A stretch of DNA of 64,000 nucleotides from Candidatus Omnitrophota bacterium. Its GTDB lineage: Bacteria; Omnitrophota; Gorgyraeia; 2-02-FULL-51-18. The notes below the pieces were generated by a model that was not told the DNA's origin, made no database searches, and saw nothing but the letters and a program-made list of their open reading frames with translations. The stretch spans positions 15,046 through 79,045 of the forward strand of contig CAMDWQ010000006.1 in the NCBI GenBank assembly GCA_945877765.1. The letters run 5' to 3'. Every line of letters begins with the position of its first letter. Position 1 is the first letter of the stretch. Position numbers and translations under genes: made by a program. Below, one piece after another: positions 27,482 to 35,851 of the stretch.

Positions 27482-28561
27482 ATGGAAGCGCTCAAACACT
27501 TTATTGACTCCGTTTCGTCTCCCGTTACCATTTTTACATTAGCCACGGTTCTTTTCGTCCTGTTTGTCAGCTTTCCCCGCATTTCTACCTCAAAACCCGT
27601 AAGTCTGCTGCTTCTTGCTTTGTTCCTTGCTTTCTTTGGATTGGGGCTCACCGATGAGCATTTTCGCGGCATCGTAACCACCCCCGACAATGTGCCGATC
27701 GTCGGTCTTATCGTGGTGTTTGGCTATTTCACATGGTACGCCATGAGAAAAGCCGTGATCAATGACATGCGAATGGAAAAAGGGGAGCCCACGGTCGAAC
27801 AAACCGAGACCAACGAAAAAGTCCTCGTGTTTCCCTATCTTATTTTTATCGAATTTGTAGTGGCGCTGGCTTATGGAGCAGGGCTTGTTCTGTGGTCGAT
27901 TTTTCTAAAAGCGCCGTTGGAGGAACCTGCCAATCCCATGGTTTCGCCCAATCCCAGCAAAGCGCCCTGGTATTTCTTGGGCTTGCAGGAGATGCTAGTT
28001 TATTTTGACCCCTGGATTGCCGGCGTGCTCCTGCCGACATTTATCATCATCGGCCTCTGCGCAATTCCTTATATCGATAGAGACACTTCGGGTTCAGGTT
28101 TTTACTCGTTTAAAAACCGCCGCTGGGTCATCACGACTTATCTTTTTGGCTTCTGGATTCTATGGATTCTCTTGATCGTCATGGGCACTTTCCTGCGCGG
28201 GCCCAACTGGAACTTCTTTGGGCCTTTTGAAGTATGGGATGTTCATAAGGTGGTGCCCTTGTTAAACGTCAATCTTTCCGAACTCATCTGGATCAAGTGG
28301 CTTGGCATCGGTTTGCCGAAAATGTGGTTTGTCCGAGAATTACCGGGAATTCTTATAGTTCTAGGCTTTCTTTTTATCACGCCCGTGATTTTGGCGAAGA
28401 CTGTGCTGAAGTCAGCTTTTAAAAAATTGGATCCGATTCGTTTTGGCATCCTGGTCCTGTTGGCGCTCATGATGCTTTCGCTCCCCATTAAAATGTATCT
28501 ACGGTGGGGCTTTAATTTAAAATACATCGTCGCCATTCCTGAGTTTTTCTTTAATATTTAA
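27482..28561 (+). CDS. cytochrome bc complex subunit IV-like (cytochrome b C-terminal domain) membrane protein, extended
   Basis: PWYFLGLQEMLVYFDPWIAGVLLP matches the PetD / cytochrome b C-terminal motif. 359 aa with extra transmembrane helices. Confidence 0.65.
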   Translation: MEALKHFIDSVSSPVTIFTLATVLFVLFVSFPRISTSKPVSLLLLALFLAFFGLGLTDEHFRGIVTTPDNVPIVGLIVVFGYFTWYAMRKAVINDMRMEKGEPTVEQTETNEKVLVFPYLIFIEFVVALAYGAGLVLWSIFLKAPLEEPANPMVSPNPSKAPWYFLGLQEMLVYFDPWIAGVLLPTFIIIGLCAIPYIDRDTSGSGFYSFKNRRWVITTYLFGFWILWILLIVMGTFLRGPNWNFFGPFEVWDVHKVVPLLNVNLSELIWIKWLGIGLPKMWFVRELPGILIVLGFLFITPVILAKTVLKSAFKKLDPIRFGILVLLALMMLSLPIKMYLRWGFNLKYIVAIPEFFFNI

Positions 28562-28562
28562 C

Positions 28563-31418
28563 ATGGCCAAACAATCCCCGACCCTCTACAGCGTTGCCAA
28601 GACATTTATTTGGTTTGCGGTGGTTAGCCTCGTTCTGACAGGCTGCCTGGTTGGCATCGTCATGACCGACTACAACCGCGAGTGGAAAAATTACCAGAAA
28701 AAATTTACTCAGCTCAAGATTGAAAAGGCCCGGGAAGAACTGAAGCTGGCAGCGCAGGGAATTGACAGCACCGAACTTGCCAGGTTTGAGACGGAGCTCA
28801 AAGCCGCTAAAATAGAGACCGCTTCTCGTCGGGCAGAGTCCGCCAGCCTGCAAAAAGAAAGCGCTGTCTTGGATACGAAAATTGCAAAAGCCAAAGCCAA
28901 GCACCAGGACCTTAAACAATTTTTAGATTCCGACCGCTATTACTTTGAAGAGTACCGCGAAAAAAAAGATACTCGCTCGGCGGATTACGAGAAAAAAGTA
29001 AATGGCTGGCTTCCGCGCGTGGCGGCGGCCAAATTGGATTTGGATGAGCTTCAAAAAGAAAAAGATGCCAAAGACGCCAAAATTGAAAGCTTTAGCGCCA
29101 AAGAAAAAGAAATTGAGCGCTCTATTGACAAATTGCTGGCGGATAAAACCCGCTTAGAAAAACGTATCAAAAATATTCAGCCAAGCCTAGCCAAAGATAT
29201 TTTGAACGCGCCTATGCTGGATTTCGTAGCGCCCACGATTAAAGTTCAGCAGATCGTTTTGGACAACCTTCAAGACGACTATCATTTTGCCAAGGTTCAA
29301 AAAGTCGACCGCTGCACCACTTGCCATCAAGGGATCGACCAAAAAGGCTTTGAAGACGCACCTCAGCCTTTCCGCACGCACTCCAAAATTGAACTTTATC
29401 TCGGATCCGCTTCTCCTCACCCGATGGAAACAATCGGCTGTACGGTTTGCCATAGCGGTAGCGGTCATTCGGTTGACTTTACCAATGCCGCACACACGCC
29501 ACGTGACGAAAATCAGGCGAAGGAGTGGAAGAAAAAATACAATTGGCACGAGCTTGAAAAATGGGAACATAAAATGCTTCCCGCGGGCACCACCCAGTCT
29601 TCCTGTGTTAAATGCCATAGCGGCGTAATAAAAGTGCCTCAGGCCGATCAATTAAATCGCGGCAGGAGGCTGGCCGAAACATTAGGCTGTTTCAATTGTC
29701 ATAAAATTAAAGGTTTTTCGACGGCGGGCGGCTCAGTTGCTGGGGGCGAAAATCTATGGAAGGTGGGGCCCGACCTTCAGTCTGTCGGCAGTAAGCTTTC
29801 AGAGGAATGGATCGCCAAATGGCTCGAGGACCCGGCAAACTTTAGACACTCCACCAAAATGCCCAAGGTTTTCAATCTTTCCAATACTTCTTCACCCGAG
29901 GATATGCAAAAGAATGCCGCGGCGATTCAGTCCATTGCTTCCTATCTCATTCATAATTCTGAGCCCGTCAATCTTTTGACGCCGCCCGTTCCAGGCAATG
30001 CGGCTAACGGCGAAAAACTGGTTAAGACGCTAGGCTGCCTTGGCTGCCACACGGGCGCAGGCAAGAATGCCGCTGATTTTGGGCCCGAGCTCACGGGGAT
30101 GGGAAGCAAAACCAGCGCAGCATGGATTTATACCTGGGTGAAAAACCCTAAACATATTTCTCCGGAGACCCGCATGCCGGACTTGCGCTTGTCCGACGAA
30201 GAAGCTTCGGATATCACGTCCTATTTAATAAGCTTACGCAATGAGCCGTTTGAAAACAAAACCGCGATGCCGGTAAAGCCGGAAGTTGTCGAGGAGATGA
30301 TCCTAACGAATCTTCAGGGAACCTTGAGTTCCGCCGAAGCGCGGGCAGAGCTTGAAAAAATGTCCGCTCGGGACAAGCTTCAGTATTTAGGCAAAAAATC
30401 GATTGTTCACCAAGGCTGCTTCACCTGCCACGCCATCAAGGGTTTTGAGGACGTAAAACCGATCGGCGCCGAACTTACCAATGAGGGCCAAAAAAATATT
30501 CACCAATTTGATTTTGGTTTTAGCGATATTCCTCGCACGCGGCATGACTTTATACGTCAAAAACTTAAAGATCCGCGCCTCTACGACCATGGCAAAGAAA
30601 AAGCTTATTACGATAAGCTTCGTATGCCGCAATTCCAATTGACGGATGAGGAGATTGACGCGCTCACCGTGTTTATCTTAAGCTTGACAGAAGAGCAGAT
30701 TCCTTTAGAAATGCAAAAAAGGCTAAACACCGCTGAGACAGAAATAGAGCACGGTCGGCTCCTTGTGAGTAAATTAAATTGTCATGGCTGTCACACGCTT
30801 GACGGCCAAACGGGCGTTATCCGTGAAATCACCGAAGACGCGGGCCAAATGCCGCCGATTCTTGAGGGGGAGGGTGGTAAAGTCCAGGAGAAGTGGCTAC
30901 GGCAATTTTTGGCGGATCCAAAACCAATACGGCCCTGGATTCAGTACCGCATGCCTACTTTCCATTTTTCGGGTGAGGAATTGACGGTGCTCAACAAATA
31001 CTTTAATCACTTATCTCACCAGGAGCTTTCGTACGAGGGCATCCAGATTCCCGAAACATCGGTAGAAAATCTAGCCGCAGGCAAACAGCTATTTGATACT
31101 TTTCAGTGTATCAAGTGCCATCAAATCAGCCAGGAAAGTGCCGCGATGGGCTCATCGTTTCTCGCTCCTGATCTGGCAATGACCAAGAGCCGTTTAAAAC
31201 CAGGCTGGGTCCATACTTGGCTGGAGGATCCCCAGCAGCTTGAACCTGGGACCATGATGCCCACTTACTTTAGTGACGGCCAGAGCCCTGTGGCTGATTT
31301 ACTAGAAGGGGATGCCAAAAAGCAGATTGATGCTATTCGCGCCTATCTGTATCGGTACGAACCCTCATCTACTCCCGCCGACTCCAAAATTACCCCAAAA
31401 GAAGCCAGCGAAAAATAA
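28563..31418 (+). CDS. membrane-anchored octaheme cytochrome c
   Basis: Eight CxxCH motifs: CTTCH, CTVCH, CVKCH, CFNCH, CLGCH, CFTCH, CHGCH, CIKCH. N-terminal transmembrane helix then ~200 aa of K/E-rich coiled coil. 951 aa. Confidence 0.85.
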   Translation: MAKQSPTLYSVAKTFIWFAVVSLVLTGCLVGIVMTDYNREWKNYQKKFTQLKIEKAREELKLAAQGIDSTELARFETELKAAKIETASRRAESASLQKESAVLDTKIAKAKAKHQDLKQFLDSDRYYFEEYREKKDTRSADYEKKVNGWLPRVAAAKLDLDELQKEKDAKDAKIESFSAKEKEIERSIDKLLADKTRLEKRIKNIQPSLAKDILNAPMLDFVAPTIKVQQIVLDNLQDDYHFAKVQKVDRCTTCHQGIDQKGFEDAPQPFRTHSKIELYLGSASPHPMETIGCTVCHSGSGHSVDFTNAAHTPRDENQAKEWKKKYNWHELEKWEHKMLPAGTTQSSCVKCHSGVIKVPQADQLNRGRRLAETLGCFNCHKIKGFSTAGGSVAGGENLWKVGPDLQSVGSKLSEEWIAKWLEDPANFRHSTKMPKVFNLSNTSSPEDMQKNAAAIQSIASYLIHNSEPVNLLTPPVPGNAANGEKLVKTLGCLGCHTGAGKNAADFGPELTGMGSKTSAAWIYTWVKNPKHISPETRMPDLRLSDEEASDITSYLISLRNEPFENKTAMPVKPEVVEEMILTNLQGTLSSAEARAELEKMSARDKLQYLGKKSIVHQGCFTCHAIKGFEDVKPIGAELTNEGQKNIHQFDFGFSDIPRTRHDFIRQKLKDPRLYDHGKEKAYYDKLRMPQFQLTDEEIDALTVFILSLTEEQIPLEMQKRLNTAETEIEHGRLLVSKLNCHGCHTLDGQTGVIREITEDAGQMPPILEGEGGKVQEKWLRQFLADPKPIRPWIQYRMPTFHFSGEELTVLNKYFNHLSHQELSYEGIQIPETSVENLAAGKQLFDTFQCIKCHQISQESAAMGSSFLAPDLAMTKSRLKPGWVHTWLEDPQQLEPGTMMPTYFSDGQSPVADLLEGDAKKQIDAIRAYLYRYEPSSTPADSKITPKEASEK

Positions 31419-31507
31419 AATTTTATTGCTAAAGAACCCCATTCGGCGCTAGAATGAGGTTGTCTTTTTAGCTCAATACACCCTCAATCCAATTATCGGG
31501 AGCAACA

Positions 31508-32212
31508 ATGAAGAATCGTTTTTTTCTGCCTTTTTTAACACTTTTAGCTGTTTTTTTAGCGTTCCAGTCGTCCGCAGATGCCTCCGTTGTGACCGTGAAA
31601 GCTGATTTTTCGGGTACGGCGCCGGCAGCGGACAAACTTAAATTGGACGCGGATCCAAAATGCAAGATGATGCACGCAGATGGGCTTATGTCAGACGAGG
31701 TTCTTGTCAACCCGAATGGCACCTTAAAGAATGTGTTTATTTATGTCAAGTCCGGCCTTGAGGGTAAAAAGTTTGACAGTCCCAAAACCCCCGTCATTTT
31801 TGATCAAATTGGCTGCCATTATACGCCGAAAGTTTTCGGCGTCATGGTGAATCAGCCCGTTGAGATCCGAAACAGCGATGACACGCTTCACAACGTCCAT
31901 GCGCTGCCCGCCAATAGCAGCCAATTTAATCTTGGCATGCCTATCAAGGGGATGAAGCTTACCAAAACCTTCGCCAAGCCTGAAGTCATGGTCAAAATTA
32001 AGTGCGAGGTTCATTCATGGATGAAAGCCTATGCCGGCGTTGTCAGCAATCCATTTTACGGGGTTACCTCGGACGAGGGAACCGTCATGTTAAAAGATCT
32101 TCCTCCTGGTGACTATGTGATTGAATCATGGCATGAAAAATACGGCACCCAGGAACAAAAGGTGACAGTGTCCGACAGCGACCAAGCGGTCGATTTTAAA
32201 TTTTCAGCCTAA
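31508..32212 (+). CDS. secreted cupredoxin-like (type-1 copper) protein with C-terminal Ig-like domain
   Basis: Signal peptide. Candidate copper ligands are His in TLHNVHA and the amicyanin-like loop CEVHSWM (C-x2-H-x2-M). Assignment is tentative. Confidence 0.45.
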   Translation: MKNRFFLPFLTLLAVFLAFQSSADASVVTVKADFSGTAPAADKLKLDADPKCKMMHADGLMSDEVLVNPNGTLKNVFIYVKSGLEGKKFDSPKTPVIFDQIGCHYTPKVFGVMVNQPVEIRNSDDTLHNVHALPANSSQFNLGMPIKGMKLTKTFAKPEVMVKIKCEVHSWMKAYAGVVSNPFYGVTSDEGTVMLKDLPPGDYVIESWHEKYGTQEQKVTVSDSDQAVDFKFSA

Positions 32213-32267
32213 GGCTGATCCGCCTTGAGGCGGGAGCGCTGATTCTGAATTCCAAGTTTTAATCTAT

Positions 32268-32312
32268 CCGCCCATTCGAACGGAAAACCGCGCCGAATGG
32301 GCGGATTTATTT
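32268..32312 (+). terminator. rho-independent terminator
   Basis: ccgcccattcgaa / ccgaatgggcgg stem followed by atttatttt. The ATG at 32297 used by the ORF track lies inside this hairpin. Confidence 0.55.
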
Positions 32313-32323
32313 TAAGGGGTTTT

Positions 32324-34057
32324 ATGTTTAACCAGAGGCTTCATTTTTTTTCTTGTTTTGTGGCGGCGTCGACACTCGTCTTAATCATCGCCGGGGGGCT
32401 TGTCACAAGCACCGGCTCAGGGCTTTCGGTGCCGGATTGGCCGCTTTCCTACGGCCAATTTTTTCCCCCCATGATCGGCGGGATCCGCTTTGAGCATACC
32501 CACCGAGTCATTGCTGCCACGGTTGGTATCTTGACGCTTATTTTGACCTGTTTTTTTCTTTACAGTGAAAAGAGGGTTTGGGTAAAGTCTTTGAGCGTTG
32601 TTGCTTTATTCATGGTTGTGGCCCAGGCCTTACTAGGAGCCGCAACGGTAATCTATCTATTGCCGGACCCGATTTCAGTTTCGCACGCCTGCCTGGGACA
32701 AACCTTCTTTGTGCTTCTGTGCTTGTTGGCGCTATTTACTTCGCGCCAGTGGCTCCAAAAACCAACTTTTGCCGTCAAGCGCGCCGGAACCATTCAACGC
32801 CTGTTCCTAACAACCACTTTTTTTATTTTTCTGCAGTTGATCTTTGGAGCGATGGTCCGTCACACGGAAGATCATCGCGGGCTCAACTATCATTTTGCCA
32901 CCGCTTTTTTAATCCTTGTGCACGTCATCTTCATCGTACCTAAAGTGACTAAAGAAAAAGAGGCACAAGTCGTTTTCTTAAAACCTCTTATGTTTTTGGC
33001 AACCCTCGTGGCATCCCAAATTTTTCTCGGCTTAGGTTCCTACATTTATAAAATTGTGATGGCTCCCGCCGCGATGCCCCGAACGGCCGAAGTGCTCATG
33101 ACGACCGCCCATCAAACCAATGGAGCCCTCATTTTGGCCGTCACGACAGTTCTGACCGTCAGCTCTTTTCGATATCTTACCAATTTAAAAAAGGATAAAA
33201 CTACGTCGCTAGTGGGGGACTACATCTCCCTGACAAAGCCCCGCCTGACTCTACTGGTATTAGCGAGCACTTCTTTAGGATTTTTGATGGCGGGGACAGG
33301 ATCATTGCCGACGGCGCTTCTTTTTCATACTCTTCTGGGTTGCGCGCTCATCGGCGGGGGAATTAACGCCCTCAATCAATACCTGGAGAGATTTATTGAT
33401 GCCAAGATGAAGCGCACCGCCAATCGCCCCATTCCCAGTGGCCGGCTAGAGGCTCAGCACGGACTTATTTTTGGCTGCATCCTCACCATCATCGGAGTTG
33501 TCTACTTATTTGCCCTTACCAACGCGCTGGCGGGCTTTTTAGGTGTCTTAACCGTCATAAGCTACGTCTTCTTGTACACGCCGCTGAAACAAAAAACTTC
33601 CTTGAACACTTTCGTTGGGGCCGTCGCCGGCGCTTTGCCTTGTATCATTGGGTGGGTGGCCAGGGAGAATGCGCTGCCTGTGGGCGCGTGGGTTATATTT
33701 CTAATCCTCTTTTTTTGGCAATTACCTCACTTTTTTGCGATTGCCTGGGTTTACAAGGAGGATTATGACGGCAGCGGGCTTAAAATGTTGACGCGGCAAG
33801 ATCCTGACGGCCGCGCCACAGGCCTTAAAATTATCCTCAGCTCAATTCTGCTTTTTCCGTTCACATTGCTTCCTGTTTGGGCGGGGATTGGCCAGCAACT
33901 CTATTCGGTGGCAGCCATTCTAGCGGGAACTTTTTTTATTTTTGCCGCCCTCTTGCTTTACAGGCGGCGCATGGTCCACGCCAAAAAGTTTGTCAGCCTG
34001 TCCATTTATTACCTTCTTATCCTGATTCTTGCCATGGTAGCCGATAAAATTTTATGA
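32324..34057 (+). CDS. ctaA-ctaB: heme A synthase (CtaA/COX15) fused to protoheme IX farnesyltransferase (CtaB/CyoE)
   Basis: ATG at 32324 after AAGGGG. The N-terminal ~300 aa are a polytopic His-rich CtaA-like domain. The C-terminal ~290 aa are a UbiA prenyltransferase domain (FLYTPLKQKTSLNTFVGAVAGALPCIIGW). Confidence 0.75.
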   Translation: MFNQRLHFFSCFVAASTLVLIIAGGLVTSTGSGLSVPDWPLSYGQFFPPMIGGIRFEHTHRVIAATVGILTLILTCFFLYSEKRVWVKSLSVVALFMVVAQALLGAATVIYLLPDPISVSHACLGQTFFVLLCLLALFTSRQWLQKPTFAVKRAGTIQRLFLTTTFFIFLQLIFGAMVRHTEDHRGLNYHFATAFLILVHVIFIVPKVTKEKEAQVVFLKPLMFLATLVASQIFLGLGSYIYKIVMAPAAMPRTAEVLMTTAHQTNGALILAVTTVLTVSSFRYLTNLKKDKTTSLVGDYISLTKPRLTLLVLASTSLGFLMAGTGSLPTALLFHTLLGCALIGGGINALNQYLERFIDAKMKRTANRPIPSGRLEAQHGLIFGCILTIIGVVYLFALTNALAGFLGVLTVISYVFLYTPLKQKTSLNTFVGAVAGALPCIIGWVARENALPVGAWVIFLILFFWQLPHFFAIAWVYKEDYDGSGLKMLTRQDPDGRATGLKIILSSILLFPFTLLPVWAGIGQQLYSVAAILAGTFFIFAALLLYRRRMVHAKKFVSLSIYYLLILILAMVADKIL

Positions 34058-34665
34058 CTTTTGAAAAAATTTCTTTTAAAAAAAGGCACGTCTACTTTAT
34101 TATTTTTAATTTAATCGCTCTTCCGGCACTCTTTTTTTTAAGCAGGCAGGTTATTGCTTTGCGGGAAAAAACCCCCGAAAAACCGCTGACCGTTTACGGC
34201 ACTTTAAGGCCTTTCGAACTCACCAGTCATACCGGCAAGAGGTTCGGCCTTGAACACATGAAAAATAGAGTTTGGGTGGCCAACTTCATGTTCAGCCACT
34301 GCCCGAATGAATGCCCTGCGATGAATTTTAAAATCGGGCTCTTACAGGAGTCTCTTGGCAAAGAGGCTGGTTTTCTTTCTTTTAGCGTAGATCCGGAAAA
34401 AGATACGCCTGCTGTTTTACAGGATTATGCCAAACGATTTAATGCCAAGGAAGACGTCTGGTTTTTTCTCACGGGCCCCAAAACCGTCATCAGTCGGATT
34501 TTGGAGGATTGTCATTTTGCCGATGCGGAAGACCCGCTTTTGCACGGGCTTCGCCTTGTCCTTTTGGACGACAAAGGCCAGGTCCGCGGATATCATGATT
34601 ACTCCGACCCATTTTTAATAAAAAATTTAACCCACGCCATTCAGCTGCTTAAAGAAAAAGGATAA
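34054..34665 (+). CDS. SCO1/SenC copper chaperone
   Basis: Thioredoxin-like fold with the HCPNECP (CxxxCP) copper-binding motif and an N-terminal membrane anchor. Confidence 0.75.
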   Translation: MTFEKISFKKRHVYFIIFNLIALPALFFLSRQVIALREKTPEKPLTVYGTLRPFELTSHTGKRFGLEHMKNRVWVANFMFSHCPNECPAMNFKIGLLQESLGKEAGFLSFSVDPEKDTPAVLQDYAKRFNAKEDVWFFLTGPKTVISRILEDCHFADAEDPLLHGLRLVLLDDKGQVRGYHDYSDPFLIKNLTHAIQLLKEKG

Positions 34666-34669
34666 ATCG

Positions 34670-35278
34670 ATGACTCAAGCTTCTGCAAAAAAAGAAAATA
34701 CGATTCTCTGGTGGATTGGCTGGATTGTGCTAACCATCGTCTCTTTTTTCATTGCCTGTTATTTTTGGACCGGCTTCATCGCAAAACACGTCGGCAATAT
34801 CAATCAGCCCGGAGTTTCGGTTCTGTGGGTGGCGGCTGTTTTTGGCTCCTGGATGGTTCTTTTGGTGCCGCTCATCATCGTCATGTACAACAAAGTAGAC
34901 CGCGCTTACGAAGATACAAGAATACAGCGCGAGTCCGACACGCTTAAGAAAAATCTAAAAGGGGCGCTCCTCCGCAGCGTTTTGGTGCCCGAAACCGACC
35001 GATTGCTTCCCAAAAAATTCTCAGATGAGCTGCGAAAAGTGCCGCGCTCCATTCACCGGGGCCATCTGGTAACCGTTATTTTAAAAAATGGTAAGAATTT
35101 TGAGCATGTTTTTGTTTTGGATCGCCGGGAAATTTTAGGGATTTATGATGCCCAAACGCTTCCTTTTAGGGTGGAAGATATCGCCGCCCTAAAGCCGGCC
35201 GATTTAAATCATTTACCGGTTTTTGAAACAAAAAAATGGCTGCGTTTGGACGGCGCGGGGAGCCCTTTGGCGGCATGA
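34670..35278 (+). CDS. membrane protein, function unknown
   Basis: Two N-terminal transmembrane helices then a ~120-aa soluble domain. No motif recognised. Sits in the respiratory cluster. Confidence 0.4.
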   Translation: MTQASAKKENTILWWIGWIVLTIVSFFIACYFWTGFIAKHVGNINQPGVSVLWVAAVFGSWMVLLVPLIIVMYNKVDRAYEDTRIQRESDTLKKNLKGALLRSVLVPETDRLLPKKFSDELRKVPRSIHRGHLVTVILKNGKNFEHVFVLDRREILGIYDAQTLPFRVEDIAALKPADLNHLPVFETKKWLRLDGAGSPLAA

Positions 35279-35457
35279 AACCAACTCTTTTCTGGCTGGG
35301 ACGCTCGTTCCAACTTTTATCGCTTCTGGTGCTGCCTTCGGCAATTTGGGCCGCCGAATTCTATCACAGCGAAGTGCTTTCGGTAGGTATTCTTGTAGCG
35401 GCGCTTTTAGCTTTTGCGGCGGGTTATTTCTTGACTCAAATGGCTGTCAAGTTATAA
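35275..35457 (+). CDS. small two-transmembrane-helix membrane protein
   Basis: ATG at 35275 overlaps the upstream TGA (ATGA). 60 aa, two hydrophobic helices. Confidence 0.35.
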   Translation: MKPTLFWLGRSFQLLSLLVLPSAIWAAEFYHSEVLSVGILVAALLAFAAGYFLTQMAVKL

Positions 35458-35461
35458 TTAA

Positions 35462-35845
35462 ATGATGCTTGAATCCTACTTCCAAAACGAAGAAACACTC
35501 CACAAAGCCCAAGAGCGCGCTGCCGAAAGAATCGCCAAACCACCCCGCAAAAAGGCGCCGCCAAAACTTGCCGTGATTAATCAAAACGGCTGCACCGGCT
35601 GTGAAGTTTGCATTGTTTTTTGTCCGGTGGATTGCATTGAGATTGTGCCCGGCATGCAGCATACCCAGCTTCAGCAAGTCGTCGAAGTGGACTTGGCGCG
35701 CTGCATTGGTTGTTCTCTTTGCGCCAAAAATTGCCCCTGGGACACGATCGACATGATCTCCCACGATGAGGCGGTCCGCAGCGCACCTTCCGTGACTCTG
35801 CAAAGCGTCTGCGGCCAAAAAACGATCAATGACGCTGCCGCTTAA
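35462..35845 (+). CDS. 4Fe-4S dicluster ferredoxin-domain protein
   Basis: CTGCEVCIVFCPVDC and CIGCSLCAKNCP cluster motifs, with a ~45-aa basic N-terminal extension. Confidence 0.7.
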   Translation: MMLESYFQNEETLHKAQERAAERIAKPPRKKAPPKLAVINQNGCTGCEVCIVFCPVDCIEIVPGMQHTQLQQVVEVDLARCIGCSLCAKNCPWDTIDMISHDEAVRSAPSVTLQSVCGQKTINDAAA

Positions 35846-35851
35846 AGCGCT

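Noticed and set aside
29187-29651. 154-aa and other short ORFs antisense to the octaheme cytochrome gene
   Set aside because: Embedded in a gene with eight CxxCH motifs in frame. No independent support.
32297-32323. ORF-track start codon for ctaA-ctaB at 32297
   Set aside because: Lies within the stem of a terminator hairpin. The downstream ATG at 32324 has a proper AAGGGG RBS.
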